From: Podarcis bocagei
Lineage: Eukaryota
Assembly (NCBI GenBank): GCA_964188305.1
Contig: OZ076889.1
Length of the DNA: 64,000 nucleotides
Reading direction: 5' to 3' (one strand)
Positions within the stretch are counted from its first letter, which is position 1, and every line of letters starts with the position of its first letter. Positions 12,861 through 25,887 of this stretch are shown here, piece after piece. The position numbers and the translations under genes were made by a program. The notes below the pieces were generated by a model that was given only the letters and a program-made list of their open reading frames with translations, ran no database searches and was not told the DNA's origin.

Positions 12861-14847
12861 ACCAGTCTTGGGAGCAGCGTGGGCAGCATTTGCCTGACAC
12901 ACCTACATACTGCAGCTGACACACGTGTTGTAACAGTTTGAAAAGCTCTGGTCTAACATATCATTTATGGTGGGGGGGGCAACTGCCTTATAAATAATAA
13001 CAAACAACATTAACTATATATTAATAATAAACAAACAATACTCCCTCCCACTAATTAGCAGATAAAGAACTATTTTCCCCCTTGGAAATTCCCCACCTGA
13101 AAGTCTGTTAGTCTGTTATCAGGCCAGCTGTTGCAAATCGGAAGTGGGTGGGTCCACCTTCTGCTTCCAGGGATGATCCTGCATCTCCTCTCTCTCCAGG
13201 AGGGAGCAGTAGCAAGGCAAAACAGGAAACTAGTAGCAAAAGTTTTACCTGGTTTGCAGTTTGTCTGGCTACTGCTTCCCTCCTGCTGGTGGGGCTGGGG
13301 GTGTTGTCCACCCTTCATTTAGAACAGCAAAGGAAGGGGAATCAAGGAAACAAATAAAGTCACCTTTTGGTCTTGGTTTTTGTGTTCCCAAAATAAAAGG
13401 CCCCAGAAACTCTGTTCTTTGCTAGCACAATGCAGTATAAAAATTCATAATTCACTTCTCTAACAAAGCCTGCAAGAAGCAAAGTACAAAAGGTTATAAT
13501 GCTATATGCACATGGAAGAAAGTCTAAATTGAACTTCAGGACTTGCACAGCAATCCTAGGCATGTCTATTAGAAACAAATACTCTTGTTCAGAGGATTTG
13601 TGTAGACTTCTTCAACTGATATTATTTTATATCTTTGTTACAAATTTTATGAGTTCCCTGCTTTTTGCCAAGGTGGAATTTCAAACTGACTGTAGCACTT
13701 TAAAAAAGCTGCACTTAAGTCCCATTGAAATTAACAGGTCTTAAGTTAGTCACAATCACAACTGATTTCAACAGGACTGCTGTGGATTTCAGAATGCTAC
13801 AGAAGACAGAATTATTTCCCCATAACTACTTGCCTCAATAGCACATGGGGCTGAATGTTTTTTACTTGCAGTAAGTGGGACCCGCAACGAAATATTGCAG
13901 GCTGGAGTGCTCCTATGAAGAGTTCCAACTATCTAGCTATGCCTTCTTTGAGTATACTTCATCCCATCCCTCCATTTTTCTGTTGGTTCTTCCATACACA
14001 CACCTCAGTCTTTGTTGAGCTGTCTTTGGTTCCCCCCAACCCATTGGTTCCCCACCTCTCAAGCCTGCTGATACCCCTTCCTTGTTTGTGTGAGGTGCTA
14101 TTTTGCTACATAAGGATTCATGCTTAGTGAATGAATTCACTCTTAGTACGTAGCATATTGTAGTATGTACAGCAAGAACCACTGTGTGATTAGATCTTAT
14201 GAAAGGGAAACTGCCATAGTCCATTTATTAAGATGTTTTGCTTCAGCAGCCACTACTGTTGCAGAGTAAACAAAACAGAGCTCAGGAAAACTCAGTAGTT
14301 TGGCAGTGTTCAATGGGGTAAGATAGGCAGGGACAGGAGACGACATTCTTTGATCTGAGAATGGAGGTATAATGTTAAGAAGAATGTTCTTATCTGTGAA
14401 GTGTTAGGTGGTGTGCCACTGCATCTGGTCATCCTAGCTGAAATTCAAAGCTATCTACAAGTAAAATATGTGCAAAATGCTGCCTTTTTAAAGGAAACAT
14501 AGCAATTCTTAGGAAAACATGGAAGCAAATACACGCTTCCAGAAGCAAACCCTTGCAGAGTAACAGCGGCATGGATTTGTTCACATTATCTGTGATAAGC
14601 AAAGGTCAAAGACATTCACCTTTGCATGAAATATTTCATCCCTACAAAACGTAAGTGTAAAAAGAGGAAGGCAAAAGAGCCAGCTTTATTAATTTTGTAA
14701 GATCGGCAGCTGAGGAACAGCATTCCGTGACCATAATTCAACTAAGCAGTGAGAATGATAGTTTAACTTGAGAGTGATACAACTGAAAACATGGCTTTTG
14801 CAAGAGTAGGCAGGAAATAATGTTAAGGATGGAACTGTACCACTTCT

Positions 14848-15292
14848 ACCAGAGGAGGGCAACCAAAATGGTCAAAGGCCTGGAAACGATGCCTTATGAG
14901 GAACGGCTAAGGGAGCTGGGCATGTTTAGCCTGGAGAAGAGGAGGTTAAGGGGTGATATGATAGCCATGTTCAAATATATAAAAGGATGTCACATAGAGG
15001 AGGGAGAAAGGTTGTTTTCTGCTGCTCCAGAGAAGCGGACACGGAGCAATGGATCCAAACTACAAGAAAGAAGATTCCACCTAAACATTAGGAAGAACTT
15101 CCTGACAGTAAGAGCTGTTTGACAGTGGAATTTGCTGCCAAGGAGTGTGTTGGAGTCTCCTTCTTTGGAGGTCTTTAAGCAGAGGCTTGACAACCATATG
15201 TCAGGAGTGCTCTGATGGTGTTTCCTGCTTGGCAGGGGGTTGGACTCGATGGCCCTTGTGGTCTATTCCAACTCTATGATTCTATGATTCTA
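14848..15292 (+). mobile_element. Young 5'-truncated CR1 LINE
   Basis: ORF2 C-terminus [12 protein letters not shown]...[20 protein letters not shown]; (ATTCTATG)-type tail; flanking direct repeat TTCTACCAG at 14844-14852 and 15288-15296. Confidence 0.92.
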
Positions 15293-16642
15293 CCAGTCAG
15301 GCTTATCTGCTAATAGACTTTTACAAGCAATAAGAAAAGGTGTGAGTGACCGGAAGAAGAAGAGTCATGTTACCTCAGTTTTGAGAAAATTAGCAATCAA
15401 ATTTTGGCCAAAACTTACACCAAAGTATTTCCATTATTGTAAATATAAAAGTCACTTCAGGCATGACTTTCCCCTCCTACACGGAGTTAAGACAATTATT
15501 TTGTGTGAAGTGGCCATTATAGTAAGGACAGGTTTAGGGAAACAGGAGAGTCAAGAATTGAGGCAGCAGGCACAGGAGGAGGGGGGCAAATATCTGGTTA
15601 GAAAACGAAGAAAGACTGGGAGCCCCAGAGGAGGTTGGGGACAGCTTGGGAAGGTGGAGTCAAAACACATTTCCTCCTCTCTTTCGGGCATGGTCTGTGA
15701 TTTTACGCTCCATGTCCGAGCACCGTTTTTTGCTCCATAACATTCCCCATGAAAACCAGCTCTTTTAAAGCTCAATCAGAGCAAGTATCAATCTGTGGGA
15801 AATCTTAATTGATGCTTGCTCTGATTCAGCTTTAAAGAGTATGTTTTGGGAGGAAAGCCTGGAGCAAAAAACACACCACCACACTCAGCCATGGAGTGTT
15901 GAAACGCAGACCTCTGCCTGGAAAGAGGGGGGTGAAAGGTAAGAAAGTGTGGCCAAGCCCTCAGTCTGGTTACTAGAGGGTGGAGGCAGCACCAACTGTG
16001 GCATGTTCTTGACAAATGTAGCAGGACCTGGTGCATCCCAGGTGGAGCCAACAAAATTTGGAGTTCACCGAGTTTTCAGACCTGTGATGATAACCTGAGA
16101 AAGGGCCAACTCCAGGTTTGAGGGGGCCCTCAGTAAAATGCCCTCCTTTGGACCCCCTCCTCTACTGCTGGGCCCTGGTGGCAGCAGCAGTAGAAGATCT
16201 ACAATCAGTGCTGTTATTTTTGAGCTGCCATTCTAATTTCCATGATGTCCCTGACACAGCATCACACCAGGGCACCATGGGAAATTTAGCTCCCAGAACT
16301 GGCCATCCACTGTGGAGGCACAGGACAGGAGTTGCCACAAAAGTGCTCAAGGATGCTGTACTGTACTGATGCTGAGCCTGACCTGAAAAGTTGCCAGTAC
16401 AGTATTGGGGATATCACTGAGGTGGTATGGGGTAACCTACAATTACTTTGTTTCCAACTGTGTTGGGATGTCAAGGTGTAGCAATAGCAACTTCATGAAC
16501 CTAGACAAAGGTACGTAGGCATTTTCCGTTGCAAGTTGCTATATAGGTATCCAAGGATTCAACCACTGAATAAAGGATTTGATGAAAGCACTGCCAACAC
16601 TTGGGGCATATTTGGGACAAAGCAAGGTATGATGGGGAGTGG

Positions 16643-16995
16643 CGCGAGTGGCGCTGTGGGTTAAACCACAGAGCCTAGGACCTGCTGATCAGAAGGTCGG
16701 CAGTTCGAATCCCCATGACGGGGTGAGCTACCGTTGCTCGGTGCCTGCTCCTGCCCACCTAGCAGTTCAAAAGCACACCAAAAAATGCAAGTAGATAAAT
16801 AGGTACCGCTCCGGCAGGAAGGTAAATGGCATTTCCGTGTGCTGCTCTGGTTCGCCAGAAGCGGCTTAGTCATGCTGGCCACATGACCCAGAAGCTGTAT
16901 GCCGGCTCCCTCGGCCAATAAAGCAAGATGAGAGCCGCAACCCCAAAGTCGGCCATGACTGGACCTAATGGTCAGGGGTCCCTTTACCTTTACCT
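16643..16995 (+). mobile_element. Sauria-type SINE, near full length
   Basis: Pol III A/B-box-like head (GTGGCGCTGTGGG, GTTCGAATCC); ACCTTTACCT tail; long TSD AAGGTATGATG(n)AGTGG on both sides. Confidence 0.9.
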
Positions 16996-17609
16996 AAGGT
17001 ATGATGGGGGGAGTGGGTCTGAATCACCATGCTAGGTTTTAATCCATTTTTGTTTGAGAAGCGCCAGTTTATACAAGAGTACACCATGTAGCACAAATGC
17101 AAAATTTATAAAAGTGTATTGAATATCAAAGGCCATGATGTGCAGATAGAGGACAAAGACATCCTCCCTGTGAAGGTTACTAGTTTTTTTTTTTTAAAGT
17201 TTTATAAATTATAAGTTTAAACACTTAATGCTCCATGTACCAAGGATGAGACTGATGTAATTTGAAGTCACTGATCTGGAGCCTTGGCTATGGTTTCTCA
17301 AAGCAGCAATAAGTCCCAAGATTTTCTGTCTGAGAACCAGAAACATTTTTAACCTAGATTAATCATTCTAAGCCTAAACAAGCTGAGGGCCCTTTTGCCG
17401 TACAGGAAGACTGGGGTGTCAGATTGGGTGACCCATTACAAGGTGTGCCTGTCATGGTGGAAGCAACATAAAAGTTTGGTCCTGACTCTGCTCATTAATC
17501 AGGGACTGAATGGGGCATATGTAAGCAGACTGAAAAGTTCAGCTTGTCATCTTGACTCAGATTTATTTATTTTAGAACTGCTTTTGATTTAAAAAACCAT
17601 CATGTAGAA

Positions 17610-18313
17610 CAGTGTTTCCCAACCTTTTTTGGGCAAAGGCACACTTGTTTCATGAAAAAAATCTCGAGGCACACCACCATTACAGCCCCGTGACGTCAGC
17701 GCGCAGCGTCACGCCGGGAGGGACGCACGAAAGTGTAAGTTTCAATTTTTTCCCCTCCCCCTTGCCTTCCTTCTGTGCCAACCGCCAAAAAGCCAAGAAT
17801 CGCGGGACCGCCGGCGGAGGGGGGGAGGGTGAGCGGAGGCAGCAGCGAGCCCTGTTCCTCCCCATCTGCCCCATTCCGTGCAAGGAGCGCGAACAGGTGT
17901 GAGAAGGGGGTCAAACCTGCGGGTCGGCGCCGGGGAACCTCCAAGCTTTGGGGGTGGGGGGGGAGGCAGCAAAGCGAGGCAGGAAGGAGAGCGCGGCTTG
18001 GCTGGGTGAGCTTTGGCAGGGGCAGGGAATGAGAGCCGTGAGGCGGGCGCTGCGGACGGAGGCGCTGCCCGCCGAGCTCACAGGCAGCCAGGCAGGCAGA
18101 CGGCGAGAGCCCCGCGCTGGGCGGCCTCTCCTCGCCGCCGCCCCGCCTCTCGCCGCCCGACTCGCCCGCCTCCCTCCGGGGACGGCGCCCCAATCGAAAA
18201 TTTGACTTTTTTTAAAAAAAAAATCTTTCGAATTTTTTAATTTTTCCCGCGGCACACCAGGCAACATCTCGCGGCACACTAGTGTGCCGCGGAACAGTGG
18301 TTGAAAAACACTG
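17610..18313. mobile_element. hAT (Charlie-like) non-autonomous transposon with a GC/CpG-rich interior
   Basis: TIRs CAGTGTTTCCCAACC / CAGTGTTTTTCAACC; perfect 8-bp TSD ATGTAGAA (17602-17609, 18314-18321); subterminal GGCACAC repeats. Confidence 0.92.
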
Positions 18314-18547
18314 ATGTAGAATTTGGTTATGCAATCCTAAGAAGTATCTAAATGCAAACAAACAAGTTTCCAAAATATACAGCAGATTTTGTTGCACTTA
18401 GTTTTTAGTCTTTGCAACATCCCTAAGAAAAGGAATCGTTGAAAGGTAGGATTACATTAAGTAATTTTAAAAACATATCTGGTGACCACACCTAGTGCCT
18501 TTTTCTCTTCAACATATTTTGGTGGTGGTGGTTGTATATTAATAATA

Positions 18548-18602
<55 letters not shown>
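18548..18602. repeat. (TAT)n microsatellite
   Basis: Direct reading. Confidence 0.95.
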
Positions 18603-18607
<5 letters not shown>

Positions 18608-20121
18608 TACTGGAACACCCAAAAACTTACAGCTTTACATAAATTTGTTGGCTATAGGTGCCATGGTTCATGTGACAGGTGCTGCAAGAGTATGGGCCAG
18701 CGGCAATTTTGAAATAGGACTTCTGCAGGCCATGTGTATATCTACCCAAAGTCTTTCCCATTCCAGACTACCACTATATGTCATCAAATGAAATCTGCCA
18801 TTAGTCTTGACTTTCCAGTGAATTTTGTGGCCTGTTTGAACTTGGAATAACTTCCCACTTCCATGATTTGTATTCATTATTACTAACATGCATTAGAATC
18901 CCCGCTTCATCTATATTAAGCATGGATCTAAAAGAGTGAGGGAAATCCTCTTTTAAGCAGCCCTTGAGCACTCTGCACTGTAACAGCACAGCTAAAAATC
19001 GCCAAGGAGTAACTAATCCACTTTAAGTGATCATGTATTTGTTCCTCAAGGGTATTTAAGATTGCCACTATAACTGCAAATAGGCTGGGTGCCTGAAAAA
19101 CAGCAGTGCCCCATTCTCACATACCGGTTCATAACAAGAACTGGGGTGCTGGATATGAACAGTGTGATGTAAATGAGGATAAGTACATATCCAACCCTCA
19201 GTGTTTTTATATAGGATGAGTGAGAGACCACAAATTATTGGGTATCATGTGCCTTTATCCATGTTCCTCTCTTTCCAATAAAGTAATTCAGAGTGCAGTG
19301 GTTTGTTATGCTTTGAAGATTTACCTCCCTACCACCTCCTTGCTGTTACAGCCAGAAAGTCTTTTTCCTAGGAATCCACATGAAAAGGAGAATAATGTAA
19401 ATCCTTTACTTCAGCCTGCCACACTCATAAATCACTTCTGCTTTTAAAATCGGTTTCTAGCTATGACTACTAAAAATGTATTAGGCCATACATTTATAAA
19501 ATTAAACATTTTCTGGTTAATTCCCAGCAGTTTGTGCCAGGTAAACATTGTTCCAGCCCAATCATACAGCCAGGTTAGGCAGCTGCCTAATGTAGTTACT
19601 ACTGTAGGGGTTCCTGCCCTGCTGGATGCAATGTATGTGTGGCATTCAACTAAGTTTTACTCAGAGCAGTTTCACTGAAATTAATGAGCATGACTAAGTT
19701 AGGTCCATTAGTTTTAGTATATCTACTATGATTAAAACTTAGTTGAATACTGTACCACCCTGTGTGTTTAATGACTTACACTGCTTCCAACTTGGCTGGC
19801 TTCCCTGCTTTAACAGAAAGTCAATTCCAGAATCCTTTGTGATATCACAAGGGTCCTAGGGTACACTTTTTAGAGAACATTCTTGGCATGTTCAGTTAAC
19901 AGAGATCATTCTTACCCTGCCCTACCTAGGGCTGAAAAATGGAGCTGGAGCTGAGTGTATATGATAGAAAGAGGGAAGGGGGATTAAAAAGAAATAGTCT
20001 AGTGTGCGGGGAGTGGGCTCCATGAACTCTTCCCTCCTGGTGGCGTGGCCCGAAGCATTACGGTATTTTAAAAAAATGAACTGAAACAAAAATTGGCAAA
20101 GTCGAAATCTGCAATCCTGTA

Positions 20122-20152
<31 letters not shown>

Positions 20153-20209
20153 GCAGCACTCACTAAAGAGAAAGTCTTTAAAAATTCTGTTCTAAATTAA
20201 TATGTATAG

Positions 20210-20345
20210 CAGGCATAGGCAAACTCGGCCCTCCAGATGTTTTGGGACTACAATTTCCATCATCCCTGACCACTGGTCCTGTTAGCTAGGGATGATGGGA
20301 GTTGTAGTCCCAAAACATCTGGAGGGCTGAGTTTGCCTATGCCTG
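20210..20345. mobile_element. Short palindromic hAT-Charlie-type MITE
   Basis: CAGGCATAGGCAAACT ... AGTTTGCCTATGCCTG; degenerate 8-bp TSD ATGTATAG/GTGTATAA. Confidence 0.85.
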
Positions 20346-20839
20346 GTGTATAAGATCAGGCTGTTAGTTTTATACAGGAAAGTTATTCCAGTGGCTACAT
20401 CCAGAGACACTCATGTCTTTCATTTCTGCCCCCAAGTCAATTTATCAACCACTGGAATAGAAATCCAAATGCCATGTTTGCCTGAGGCTTTTAAAGGTAG
20501 ATGGCTTTTGTACATTTCTAGTGAGGAAATGTAAGACAACTTGCAGGTTTCTGAATTCCTTTCATTTTTAAAGTGCACTGTCCACTTTCCAAGATAGAAT
20601 ATTAAACACACAAAACTTGCCCCTATACTGTACTAGCTGTTAAAGGCACACAAGGCCTTCGGGGGGGGGGGGGAGAGATTGGCAACCTTAATTGGAACAT
20701 CTATGCAATAAGGCTAATAGTGCAATCCTATATATGTCTACTTAAATAGATGTACAATTTATTTCAAGGGCGCGTACACCCAGGAAAGAGGATAATAAAA
20801 CCCATTGAGAACAATGGGATAAAGTTCAGAATAAGTGTA

Positions 20840-21069
20840 CAGTGGTACCTCAGAACTCGAACGGCTCCGTTTTGGCTACCGAACACCGAAAACCCAGAAG
20901 TGAGTGCTCCAGTTTTCGAACGTTCTTCGTAACACAAATGTCCAATGCAGCTTCCGCTGTGCAAAAACCTAGCTATCGGCCAGTTGGAAGCCGTGCCTTG
21001 GAACTCGAATGTTTTGGAAGTCGAACGGTCTTCCAGAATGGATTGCATTTGAGTTCCGAGGTACCATTG
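20840..21069. mobile_element. Tc1/mariner/pogo-type MITE (CAGTGGTACCT termini)
   Basis: TA|CAGTGGTACCTCAGAACTC ... GAGTTCCGAGGTACCATTG|TA. Confidence 0.85.
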
Positions 21070-22117
21070 TACACAATAGGATGTTGCTATAGGCCTGCAA
21101 TTCTATGTACTTACATGGGAGTAAATCTGCCCTCAACACAGTTAAACTTCTACGTAAAATCTATAGGCTTTCTTTTAAACTGCTTTGAGGTTTTTCCCAC
21201 AACCAAGCAGTATAGAAATTTTATGGCATAAATAACTCTTGAGGTCCCCCCCCCCCAATTCAAACAGTATATAAACTAACAACAACAACAATATACTTGG
21301 GACTAAGCCCCATTGAATTAAGTGGGACTTATTTAAAAGTATTCCTGCACAGAATCTGGGCACACTGTAACATCAACTAGCAAAATTTCTGATACATGTA
21401 TCACTTTCATGTAAATCCCAGTAAAGAAAGCATCATGTGGGTGAGGAAGTTGGCTAATGGTGAGATCATGGAGTCTGCATCTTGTCATAGTCTTAAGACA
21501 GAAAGTAGGAGGAAGGAAGGGGCCTTCCAATGAAGATGTGTAAGGAGCTTTGCAGGATTCAGATTGAACCTAACACTGTTACAGAGAAGGAACGTAGGAT
21601 GGTTGTTGCCTCTTCTTTGAAAATATACAATCCAACTGTCAACTTGATTTCTCTCCATTCTTCCATGAAACAAACAAGTATTGTTTCCCCTCTCTCCATT
21701 GCTCTGTTTATCACCTAGCCTAATGAAGACTTCCTGATAACCCAAAGGCTTGCACACTATTTTGTGACCTTTTGTTGAGCCTAATAAAGGTTGTGCCGTA
21801 GTATGGATTTTTTCTTATGGGCCAACACCACTACCTTTACTGTTTGTGTATTGGATAGAAACGATTTTGCTCGGAGCCATGTAATATTTTATTAATCTCT
21901 ATATAACACATTGGGGGCGGGGTTTGAACGGTTGCTTCATGAGAACACTAGGAATCACTACTGCAGATGATGACAGATCATGAGGCACAGCAATTGCTGC
22001 TCTGTTGGAAATATTAAAAACTATATTAAAAAGCAAGGGGGTGTTTGTCCATAAAAAACACAGGTCCCAAAAAACAAAATGTCACAAAATCGTGACAAGA
22101 GTTTTAATTATCCAATA

Positions 22118-22327
22118 CAGTGGTACCTTGGTTTACAACCATAATCCGTTCCAGAGGTCTGGTTGTAAATTAAAACAGGTTGTAACCCAAGGTGCTCTTT
22201 TGCCAATGGGGCCTCCAAAAAAAGGGGGGTTGTAATAAAAAAGGGGGTTGTAATCCAAAAAAAGGACACACACTTCCAGGTTTGACGTGGTTGTAATCCA
22301 AAACGGTTGCAAACCAAGGTACCACTA
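22118..22327. mobile_element. Tc1/mariner/pogo-type MITE (CAGTGGTACCT termini)
   Basis: TA|CAGTGGTACCTTGGTTT ... AAACCAAGGTACCACTA|TA; internal GGTTGTAA repeats. Confidence 0.85.
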
Positions 22328-22689
22328 TACTCATCATCAGGCAAGATGTTACACTATGAAATGGGGGTGGGTTATGAGGACAAATATAAAACAATAAAAT
22401 ACAAATACTAGGCTGGATGTTGCAGCCATAAGGTCAGCCTCCAGACTCACTTCCAAGGTAAGAGATTGAATAAGTCTCTGCTCAGTGCTGAAATACCAAA
22501 TTAAGCAGCTAGGATTCTGAAATAAAGAAGCAATCACCACTCCTCTTTTTATATATATATAAATAAAACCTAGCTGTTACATGTCTCCCATAATTTAAGC
22601 AAAAAGCATGAGGTCCTGGTTGGGCAAACAGCAGAAATTAAAGCTAGAGGTGAATTTTGGATGGCTTTCCAGGTAAGAGAGGCATAATA

Positions 22690-22990
22690 CTAAAACTTGG
22701 GGTCATCCAGGGTACTAAATGTTGGAGGATTAAAAAAAGACAAAAGGAAATACTTCTTCACACAGCACATAGTTAAACTATACAAATTCATGGAGGACAA
22801 GGCTATCAAACACTACTAGCCATGATAGTTAGATAGTATATCCAGGATCAGAGATTGCATGCCTGTAAATATGGGTTGCCTGAGAACTATTGTGCTTGCT
22901 TGTGGGTTTCCCACAAAGTTGTTTTCTTTGGTAAATGGGCTACTGGACTGGATAGGCCTTTGCTCTTATTGAACAGGGCTCTTTTATGAT
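22690..22990 (+). mobile_element. Old CR1 3' fragment
   Basis: AAAAGGAAATACTTCTTCACACAGCACATAGTTAAACTA and CAAATTCATGGAGGACAAGGCTATC, typical of the CR1 ORF2 end. Confidence 0.65.
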
Positions 22991-25030
22991 ATTTTTAAAG
23001 TGGGAACCTTAATATATATATATATCAATAGGAGCAAACACATAAATTTAATAAGTTCATTGGGTGAGATGAATGAAACCTTGAATGTGTCCTTTCGTAA
23101 CATTTTTCCAGCTTGCCATGCAAATAAGAGATGTAGAAATGTCATAATTCACTGTCATTATTTTGAAATAGTATGCAGCACATTGTCAAAAATAGAAATG
23201 CATTCATTCCATCAGGAATGAATCACCAATTATTTGAGAACAGAAAGCACTCATTCATTTCATTTCCCTTGGACAAACCTCAAACACATACTTTACTAGA
23301 AAATGTGTTGACCGCTACACAATAATCACAACTACCACACACCTTTTATCTGTAACAGGCAGTGTTATTAACCTTCCTCATGTAATCCTTGAAGTACTTA
23401 TGGAATCTTAAATAAATACCAAAGTGAAAACTGCTGCTAAATTGGATGTTTCAGCCTTAGCCTTACTAAATTTCAACATCAAGTCATTTCCATGTCAAGA
23501 TACACTGCTGCCTAATTTTGTTTCTCAAAATTAATCTTTTAGGTCTGTCCCTATCATTAGGCAAAGTGAGGCAGCTGCCTCAGAATGCAGATACTGTCAC
23601 TGCACCCCCAGCTTTCACCCAAGTCTCCCGACTGTTGCCATCCTTCTGAACTGGTGCTGATGCTTGCTGCTGAGCTACTGTGTTTCACAAGATCAAATAA
23701 TCAAATGGACAAACCATTTCCAACACACCACTATCTGACTATCAACTCATCTTCTAAAACACTTTATGTTTTATACTGTATACTGGTACAAAACTGAGTA
23801 AGGTAAGAATGGATTTCTAAAACACGTAAGATCTTGTTTCCAAGTTTTACTCCAGCTGAAACATATAATTTTCATCACTCCAAATAGAGTTAAGATGACT
23901 GATTCAAATAATCTCTATTTCCCTCTTAGAGATGGGTAGCTTAGCCCATAATACACAACATATTATGAATGTAATCCTCCACCCTTGCAGTGTATTTAGC
24001 TGACAAACCATTTGATACTTGCCTTAACCTGCTTTTCTAGGATCAGCTTATTCTGGCTTCAAAAAAGCCTCACTTTTGTGAGGGGATAGTTCAGAACGAT
24101 CTAATGCCCAAACTTGCTGAGATTTGTTAACGGAAGGCTTTGATACTTTTAGTGGACTGACTTATTAAAGCTACTCTTGAGCTAGGTATAATACAGATAA
24201 AGTATGGCACAGGCAATCCCCGGAAGACGTTGATACATTCAGGCAGTGGGGTATGAATAAGAGAAAGGGTGTTTCCTCTGGCTAATTTACAGCTAAAGGA
24301 GAGCAACACTTGAGACACATTTTTTAAATGTAGTTTTTCTATTGTTATATGGTACTGAAAAACTACCTGACATTCTTCCAAAACAAACTGTATAACACTT
24401 CTCAAATGCAAAAGAGATGCTATACCCCCAAAATACATGTATGTCAGGGCAATGAAAAATATTGAGATTTCTAACTTCACAAAGGTCATAACTAATCGCT
24501 ATTGCATTTTCTCTCATTATTGCAATATTGCATTGTTGGAAATAAAGAATTTGAGTCCAAAATTGTATCTATGGTTTCCACTTAATTATAAATAAATCTA
24601 ATGTTTGGCGTCGTTCCTCTCCGTCTCACAGAGTTCGTAAATTTAGCTATTACAGTATACTTTCACATTTTATTAATCCATTCATCCATCTGCAGTATTT
24701 TTGGTCATTCCCAATACTTTGCATACAGCATCTGAGCAGCTGCTGCAATATAAGCTAGGGAGTTTTCAATGTTCCCTTTTTATTGTATCTTTTGCATAGG
24801 AAAATATAATGATGCATCTATTTTTGAAGATTTATTGCTGCAAGTAGGAGGGAAAATGCCAGAGTAGGGGGGTGGGGGTAGACAGAGTTGCATACTTGTC
24901 CTCACTTTTCCTTATCATGCGAGGAATTTAGAACACCTGAATAGGGCTAAATTGTGACCATTAAATATGAAGCACTTGGATATACAAAAAAGTAAGATGA
25001 AAAATATATCTATTCCAATGGCCATTACTC

Positions 25031-25280
25031 CAGGGGTCAGCAAATTTCTTCAGCATGGGGCCAGTCCACTGTCCCTCAGACCTTGTGGGGGGCCAGACCA
25101 TATTTTGGGGAAAAACATGAACGAATTCCTATGCCCTACAAATAACCCAGAGATGCATTTTAAATAAAAGCACACATTCTACTCATGTAAAAACACACTG
25201 ATTCTTGGACCGTCCACGGCCTGGACTGAGAAGGCGATTGGGCTGCATCCAGCAGACGGGCCTTAGTTTGTCTACCCATG
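25031..25280. mobile_element. hAT-type MITE
   Basis: CAGGGGTCAGCAAA ... TTTGTCTACCCATG termini; direct repeat CCATTACTC on both flanks. Confidence 0.8.
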
Positions 25281-25887
25281 CCATTACTCAGTACGTTATA
25301 GGAACATACATACCTATTGTACATTAATTTTGGAACAATTAAATTCAACTTTTTTTGGCTAGGATCCAAAGAACCTCTTGAGAACATGCAAAAAGAGAGA
25401 GAGAGAAAGAGAGAACTCACTGGGGAAAGAGGGGTTCTGTCCATTAATATTTTTGCTATGCAAAAAACATATTCATTCTATTTGTGATCTGTCCATTTTT
25501 CTTGTGGAAAAAAAACCCTCATTTCCCACAGGTTAAAATCCAACACAAGGCACAAAAGCTCTGTATTCCAGGGTCCCAGGCAGACTGTCATCTATGCCAG
25601 CTAGACAGGTACATTTTGCAGATAGTATCTACCCTTAGGTTACAATTTATTATCCCAATTAGCAACTTCCTCGTGCAGTATTATGCCAGCTGAGTAAGTG
25701 CACCTGGAAGGTGTACTATTTGACTCATTAAACTGCTGTTGATTTTTTTGCTTGACTATTAAATAATTAATTTTAAATTTATACCGTGTTAAAACAAATA
25801 TCACCCCTCTGAGCTGTTACGTTTTAAAAAGAAGAGAGAAATAATACAGAATTTACTGGGGAGAAAGGAGACCAAGCTAGGAGTGTA

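Larger units (their letters stand above)
12254..12950. mobile_element. hAT-type MITE split by two nested insertions
   Basis: Termini AGAGCTTTCCAAACT ... AGTTTGAAAAGCTCTG; GTCTAA present in both flanks. Confidence 0.65.

Noticed and set aside
17680-18279. ORF cluster or separate gene promoter
   Set aside because: Lies wholly within a TIR- and TSD-bounded hAT element; no splice or protein evidence.
18482-18712. Poly-tyrosine protein
   Set aside because: Translation of a (TAT)n microsatellite.
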